This document shows, piece by piece, positions 36,720 to 41,297 of a DNA stretch of 41,297 bases (the first letter of the stretch is position 1; every line of letters begins with the position of its first letter). Under the pieces are notes generated by a model. That model was not told where the DNA came from. It ran no database searches and saw nothing but the letters and a program-made list of their open reading frames with translations. The position numbers and the translations under genes are program-made. Location of the stretch: contig CAXGMD010000021.1 of NCBI GenBank assembly GCA_964010765.1, forward strand, positions 1 through 41,297, written 5' to 3'. The DNA comes from an uncultured bacterium. GTDB taxonomy: Bacteria > SAR324 > NAC60-12.

Positions 36720-37663
36720 GCAGCAATTACTCTAGGGGTTCCACATTGAATCAACATTTGACGTGCTTCTTCACGGTATTGTTCACGGATATCCCTTGTG
36801 GGCGGACGGCAACGACTGGATGGGAGCCCGATCAGTTCCATACAAAGCTTATCGACAAAGCCATCTCCTACTGTGTATGTCTGTTCAATTTTTTTCCAGA
36901 GTCGATAGTAGGGCAAAGCCTCTTTAATCATGTCCAGTTCCACTTGTTTGTAGTCACCCTTTTCCAAAGTAGCCAACAGCTTGACACCCCACTCTGGCCA
37001 GTGATTACAGAGATGAACTTCGAAAGCCTTTGCTCCCAGCATATGACTGATAGGGAAAAGGAGGTCATTATCAATGACTGTCAATTTAGATGAGAAGGTC
37101 TGAACCACATCCTCAAACTCCATCGCTACAGATCTTTTCGTAGCCCATTTGAGACCAACAACTTGTGGAATTTCAATCAATCGCTCCACCATCCCAAAAG
37201 ACACCTCAGCACTTGTCCAGAAGGTGTTGTAGATAATCAGACCAATCTTTGCGGAGCGACTGACAGCCAAGATGTGTTCGTAAAAATCATCTTGGGTATG
37301 GTTGAAGTAAAACGGGCAGGAAACCTGGATGAATGAAGCTCCAATTTCTTCAGCTGCCTGGGCCAGTCGCTGAAGCTCCATGGTGCTGGTGGTCTGAGCT
37401 CCCACTGCGACAGGGATCTCTCCAGCCGCTTCTTTGACAATTCCGGCAACTCGAACTCGCTCCTCAAAACTCATTGTTGAAAAATCCCCTGCCGCACCGC
37501 CTGCCAGTAAGACCCCATTCTGCCGATTGATTCCGTTACTCCTTAAGAAAGAGATGTGTTGCCGAATTCCATCTTCATTGATGGTCATGTCAGGATCGTT
37601 GAACAACGTCGGAATTGTGATGTACAGACCCTCAAGGTCTTTTTTCAATTGGGAATAATCCAT
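36716..37663 (-). CDS. DHDPS/N-acetylneuraminate lyase family class I aldolase (not DapA)
   Basis: TIPTLF, GAAGDFSTMSFEER, PFYF, IIYN, Schiff-base Lys in VVGLKWA, RPP. Confidence 0.85.
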   Translation of the reverse strand: MDYSQLKKDLEGLYITIPTLFNDPDMTINEDGIRQHISFLRSNGINRQNGVLLAGGAAGDFSTMSFEERVRVAGIVKEAAGEIPVAVGAQTTSTMELQRLAQAAEEIGASFIQVSCPFYFNHTQDDFYEHILAVSRSAKIGLIIYNTFWTSAEVSFGMVERLIEIPQVVGLKWATKRSVAMEFEDVVQTFSSKLTVIDNDLLFPISHMLGAKAFEVHLCNHWPEWGVKLLATLEKGDYKQVELDMIKEALPYYRLWKKIEQTYTVGDGFVDKLCMELIGLPSSRCRPPTRDIREQYREEARQMLIQCGTPRVIAA

Positions 37664-37666
37664 AGT

Positions 37667-38950
37667 TCAATAGTGTTTGGTGTGAAGTTGAATCAACTCT
37701 GCCTCACTTCTTCCATGAAGGAGACGAATTTCATAATGCTTGACGGCAAGGTAGCTGCGCAAAAATTCTTGATCGAATTTCTTAAGGAAGTCTATATCGT
37801 GCTCAAGTTGGTGAAGACAATCCTCCAGCGTTTCAGGCAAACGATGAATATTGGGATGTTTGTTCTTTTGTGCACTTGATGTGGGTACAATAGGGACTTC
37901 TGTGATGTTTTTTGCCAATCCCAGCATACCAGCATGAATCATCCCGGCTAGCATGAGATAGGCATTCGCGCTGGCATCAGCTGTTCGCATTTCGAAATGA
38001 GTGGCCTGATCGCCCTCTCCAATCTGTGTCATTCGAATTGCTGCCTTACGGTCAGCTTCTGCAAAATTGTTATAGTAGGCGGTCCAACGGGGTGGCTTAT
38101 AGCGCATCGGTGAGATCACACTGGGCGATGTGAAAGCGAGCAGGCCCCCCAGATGACTAAGCAATCCATTAAGGAACGCCCCTGCGAGTTCAGAAACCTT
38201 CCCGTTAGCTCCGAGGTTACATGGTTGTCCATTCAATTTGCGTAACGAAAAATGAATATGCAGGCCGCTGCCTACCTTGGCTTGATCAACAATCGGTGAA
38301 AATGATAGATGCCGCTTCCGCTTGGTGGCGAGAATCTGACCAATGGCTTTGCTGAGCACCAATTGATCGGCGGCTTCCATTGGGGAGGTGCGATTGATCG
38401 TCAATTCGTATTGTGAAGTGCCATTCTCAGAGTGTATTGACTTCAATCCCACACCAGAACTAATCAATAATTCTGCGTACTCGGCAAGAAATGTTTCTTC
38501 CTCAATAAAGGATTCAAGAGAGTAAGCATTCAAATAGCTGCGCAAGTTATCCAATAGATAGAATTCCAGCTCAATACCGATTTCGAGTTCCAGTTGATAG
38601 TTTGTTCGAAGTTGGTTGAGGGCATCCTCCAGAATACTTCTTGTACAAGAACCCCACGGTGAACCATTCAGGTTAAGAAATTTACCAAAGAGCAATCTGC
38701 TGTTTATCAGTCCATCCTCATTTTTAATGCTTATTGGTTTTTCTAGAGCTGGAACAAATTGTAGATCACCGACCTCCACGTCAGGCAATGGGGTTAGAGC
38801 ACCAAAGAAAGTAATCAGAGCGTTGCTTGGAATCCATCCTGTTTTACAGTCTTGAATCGGTTTTTCAGCAGGATGACAAAGAGTTTTTCCTCTCAAAATT
38901 CCAGAGAAGTCATCTTGGCAGATGTGTAAGAAGTCTTCCGGAAAGCTCAT
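37667..38950 (-). CDS. Glutamine synthetase-like gamma-glutamyl ligase (PuuA/PauA-like)
   Basis: GILRGK, GIELEFY, ENGTSQYEL, GSGLHIHFSL, R..P..W.A, R.AAIR, FEMR.AD.SAN.YL, LP.TL. Confidence 0.8.
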   Translation of the reverse strand: MSFPEDFLHICQDDFSGILRGKTLCHPAEKPIQDCKTGWIPSNALITFFGALTPLPDVEVGDLQFVPALEKPISIKNEDGLINSRLLFGKFLNLNGSPWGSCTRSILEDALNQLRTNYQLELEIGIELEFYLLDNLRSYLNAYSLESFIEEETFLAEYAELLISSGVGLKSIHSENGTSQYELTINRTSPMEAADQLVLSKAIGQILATKRKRHLSFSPIVDQAKVGSGLHIHFSLRKLNGQPCNLGANGKVSELAGAFLNGLLSHLGGLLAFTSPSVISPMRYKPPRWTAYYNNFAEADRKAAIRMTQIGEGDQATHFEMRTADASANAYLMLAGMIHAGMLGLAKNITEVPIVPTSSAQKNKHPNIHRLPETLEDCLHQLEHDIDFLKKFDQEFLRSYLAVKHYEIRLLHGRSEAELIQLHTKHY

Positions 38951-38953
38951 GTG

Positions 38954-39742
38954 TTAGCCTCTCCTTTGTGAAATATGCCATGGAATCATCAGCCGCTCGA
39001 CCAGAGTAACAATTCCAAAAAGGCCGAGTCCCAAAAGGGTCAAAAGGAATATTCCAGCGAAAGCTAGATCAGGTCTCATATTGCCAGTGACAATTTGAAT
39101 GTAGAAGCCTAGGCCTTGGTCACTACCAATGAATTCTGCAATAGCGGCCCCAACGGTAGCATTGATGGCGGCGTACTTGATGCCCACAAAACATTGAGGT
39201 AGAGCAAAGGGGATGCGAATCTTCAGGAAAATTTTGATTTTAGAGGAGCCAGTAATTTGGGAAAACCGATCTAATTCCTGACTCAAGGACCCAAAGGCCA
39301 GAATCGCATTCAAAACAATTGGGAAGAAACAGACCAAAAAGACAATAATGACTTTTGGGAGCAGGCCAAAGCCGAGCCAGGAAATGAACAGAGGAGCAAA
39401 AGCAATCTTTGGAACCATTTCCACGCTGACTAGGAATGGATATAAAGTTTTTCGCAGTATGTTCGAAAAGGTAATCGCCACTCCAATGGGAATTGCGAGG
39501 CTGATTGCCACCAGAAACCCCAGGACAGTTTCTAAGCCAGTAATATAGGTGTACTGCATCAAGCGAGGAAGGTCTGCAGCGGAGTTTGTGATGATTTCAG
39601 AGGGCTTGTTGAGAATATATTTGGGGACCTCAAACCAATCAATCGACCACTCCCACAATAGGAAGAAGCAAGCGAAGAAAGCAAACATCATCCAGGATTC
39701 AGAGATCCATCGAACCAGGCGCTTCAATGCTTTTTCACTCAC
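38954..39742 (-). CDS. NitT/TauT-family ABC transporter permease
   Basis: VPKIAFAPL, WLGFG, FFPIVLN, KIRIPFALP, GAAIAEF, GLG; GTG start overlaps the ATPase stop. Confidence 0.92.
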   Translation of the reverse strand: MSEKALKRLVRWISESWMMFAFFACFFLLWEWSIDWFEVPKYILNKPSEIITNSAADLPRLMQYTYITGLETVLGFLVAISLAIPIGVAITFSNILRKTLYPFLVSVEMVPKIAFAPLFISWLGFGLLPKVIIVFLVCFFPIVLNAILAFGSLSQELDRFSQITGSSKIKIFLKIRIPFALPQCFVGIKYAAINATVGAAIAEFIGSDQGLGFYIQIVTGNMRPDLAFAGIFLLTLLGLGLFGIVTLVERLMIPWHISQRRG

Positions 39743-40506
39743 AGCACCCCGTAGCTGTGGAAGACAGAGTGTATGTCAGCAAGATACTGAATAAATCTTT
39801 GATCCTGTTTGACAGCCAGGTTTCTTGGGTAGTCCATTTCAATATCAACGACTTTATCAATTTTTCCAGGACGGGGGCTAATCAGGTAGACCCGAGTTGA
39901 CATCTGCACAGCTTCTTCAATGCTATGCGTCACCATCACGACAGTTGGTTTTTTGTCGAGCCAAAGCCTCTGCAAATCTCCTCGAATATTTTCACGAGTC
40001 ATCGCATCCAACTTGCCAAGGGGTTCATCAAGTAAAAGTGTCTGAGGTTGATGAATCAAAGCTTGGCATAAAGCCGCTCTTTGCTGCATTCCACCGGAAA
40101 GTTCATGGGGCATCCTTTGCTCCATACCTTTCAGAGAGACGGAATTCAGCAAAGAGTCGATTTGTTCACGAAAATTTTCTGATCTCTCCCCTCTCAATTC
40201 CAACTGTAATTCTATATTCCCCAGAACTGTCCTCCAAGGCACAAGTGTGCTTTCTTGGAACATGACCCCGATGTCATTTCTCGGAGAATGGACAGGGGTC
40301 TGGTTCAAAAAGATTTGCCCTGAGGATGGTTTTTCCAAACCAGCCAGCATCATTAGCAATGTGGATTTTCCGCAACCGGAAGGACCAAGCAGTGAAACAA
40401 ACTCGCCTTCTTGGATGTCTAGGTCAGCGGGGCCAAAAGCGACAAGGGGGCCATCATCTGTGCTAAAGACTTTGGAAACTCCCTGAATCTGAATCGCCGT
40501 ATTCAA
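39739..40506 (-). CDS. NitT/TauT-family ABC transporter ATP-binding protein
   Basis: GPSGCGKST, MFQ...L.PWRTV..N, LSGGMQQR, LDEP.GKLD, VTHSIEEA, PRPG; TTG start. Confidence 0.92.
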   Translation of the reverse strand: MNTAIQIQGVSKVFSTDDGPLVAFGPADLDIQEGEFVSLLGPSGCGKSTLLMMLAGLEKPSSGQIFLNQTPVHSPRNDIGVMFQESTLVPWRTVLGNIELQLELRGERSENFREQIDSLLNSVSLKGMEQRMPHELSGGMQQRAALCQALIHQPQTLLLDEPLGKLDAMTRENIRGDLQRLWLDKKPTVVMVTHSIEEAVQMSTRVYLISPRPGKIDKVVDIEMDYPRNLAVKQDQRFIQYLADIHSVFHSYGVL

Positions 40507-40523
40507 GAGAATCTTTTGGAAAA

Positions 40524-40547
40524 ATGGGAGGTATGATTACCTCCCAT
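40524..40547 (-). terminator. Hairpin plus U-run downstream of the binding-protein gene
   Basis: ATGGGAGGTA-TGAT-TACCTCCCAT, perfect 10-bp stem followed on the minus strand by UUUU. Confidence 0.7.
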
Positions 40548-40562
40548 GATGGTTGAAAGAAA

Positions 40563-41297
40563 TTAGGGGATGAACTGATTGGTGTAGAAGGCGGAGGATG
40601 GATTACTGGTTTGCAGATCATTGAACTCTTTCATCAGTGAGATCATGTCTTCCCAGTCTGAAGCTACGTGATAGCCCAGTTTCCGGCTTGTATTCCCCTT
40701 TGAATAAAGGATTCCGAGGGTTACATCCAAGACCGATCGTGCTTGGGCAACACCTGCCTCCTCTGCCATGGTGCCACCAACAATATCTGCCATGGACTTG
40801 ACTGCCATGTCGGGATTTTTTTCAGTTTCCTTGTAGGCAATCACAGAGGCACGAACAAAGCGCTCGACCAATCCAGGGTTGTTTTTCAGAGTGTCCTGAT
40901 GCGTTGAAATGCAGTATCCAACCTGATTCACACCAAAATCAGAATAGGCAAAGGCAACAGGATCATCCCCGCCATTGGCTTTGATTTCTGCTGGCTTGTC
41001 ATCCAACCCGCCGAGGATAGCGACTGCTCCACCAGAACCTTGGAGATAGCTGGAAACCAAGGCACCATCAGGCACATTGGTCAAATTGACATCACTAACG
41101 GACATGCCGTTGTTTTGCAGAACTAGCGGAAAGAAAGTGTTCACTCCTGCATTGGCGGTCGTCAGAATTTTCTTTCCTTTTAGATCCTGAACAGTTTTCA
41201 CTCCACTATCGGGTCTCACGAGAATTGCCTCTGTTCCTGTTGCGTCAATCACTGCGACAGAAACAATGGGAGCTCCCTTGGCTGCCAGATTCACCAT
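40563..41297 (-). CDS. NMT1/THI5/SsuA-like ABC substrate-binding protein (partial; 5' end beyond the window)
   Basis: Frame open to the window edge; DSGVKTVQDLKGKK, GMS.SDV, DFG...GY, NP.LV.RF.RA, FYTNQF; upstream of the NitT/TauT ATPase and permease. Confidence 0.85.
   Translation of the reverse strand: MVNLAAKGAPIVSVAVIDATGTEAILVRPDSGVKTVQDLKGKKILTTANAGVNTFFPLVLQNNGMSVSDVNLTNVPDGALVSSYLQGSGGAVAILGGLDDKPAEIKANGGDDPVAFAYSDFGVNQVGYCISTHQDTLKNNPGLVERFVRASVIAYKETEKNPDMAVKSMADIVGGTMAEEAGVAQARSVLDVTLGILYSKGNTSRKLGYHVASDWEDMISLMKEFNDLQTSNPSSAFYTNQFIP

Noticed and set aside
36716..38950. Housekeeping dapA and glnA
   Set aside because: The DapA GTTGE motif is absent, the GS-like protein has divergent motifs, and both sit in a transporter/GntR catabolic operon.
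444..40486. The many 60-145 aa ORFs overlapping the main genes (e.g. 9116-9550, 17097-17498, 19129-19497, 32827-33255, 39897-40265)
   Set aside because: They lie antisense or out of frame within well-supported genes and show no family motifs; treated as shadow ORFs.
1..41297. CRISPR array, tRNA/rRNA, IS/transposase, integrase, prophage or defence genes
   Set aside because: No regularly spaced repeats or recognisable RNA genes by eye; every long ORF fits a metabolic, transport or regulatory family.

Overview
A gene-dense bacterial chromosomal segment devoted almost entirely to small-molecule uptake and catabolism. I found no rRNA, tRNA, CRISPR array, integrase or transposase. From left to right: the 3' end of a probable outer-membrane protein gene, menA, a pirin, an orphan OppD/DppD ATPase and a CpdA/GpdQ-type phosphodiesterase; a Liv/HAAT ABC transporter whose binding-protein gene is inverted, next to a monomeric sarcosine/N-methyltryptophan oxidase; a ~23 kb polyol/sugar-phosphate island (11.2-33.8 kb) in two divergent arms around a SorC-family regulator; and the distal part of a GntR-linked operon. 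The left arm resembles the rhizobial mptABCDE-eryA-rbt polyol locus but lacks eryB, eryC, tpiB and rpiB. The right arm has an ATPase-less sugar ABC transporter, an unannotated 58-aa DUF2160/GlpU-like gene, a collapsed rhamnulose-1-P aldolase/SDR pseudogene, an AraM/G1PDH-like dehydrogenase, a HAD-IIB, a FucA-like aldolase and an MFS permease. The GntR-linked operon (NitT/TauT ABC, glutamine-synthetase-like ligase, non-DapA DHDPS-family lyase, 2-hydroxyacid dehydrogenase, enolase-superfamily enzyme) looks like an uncharacterised catabolic pathway. The best leads are these two unassigned pathways, the collapsed pseudogene and a palindrome/hairpin-dense control region at 25.2-25.7 kb. All functional calls come from motifs and remembered family knowledge; no searches were run.
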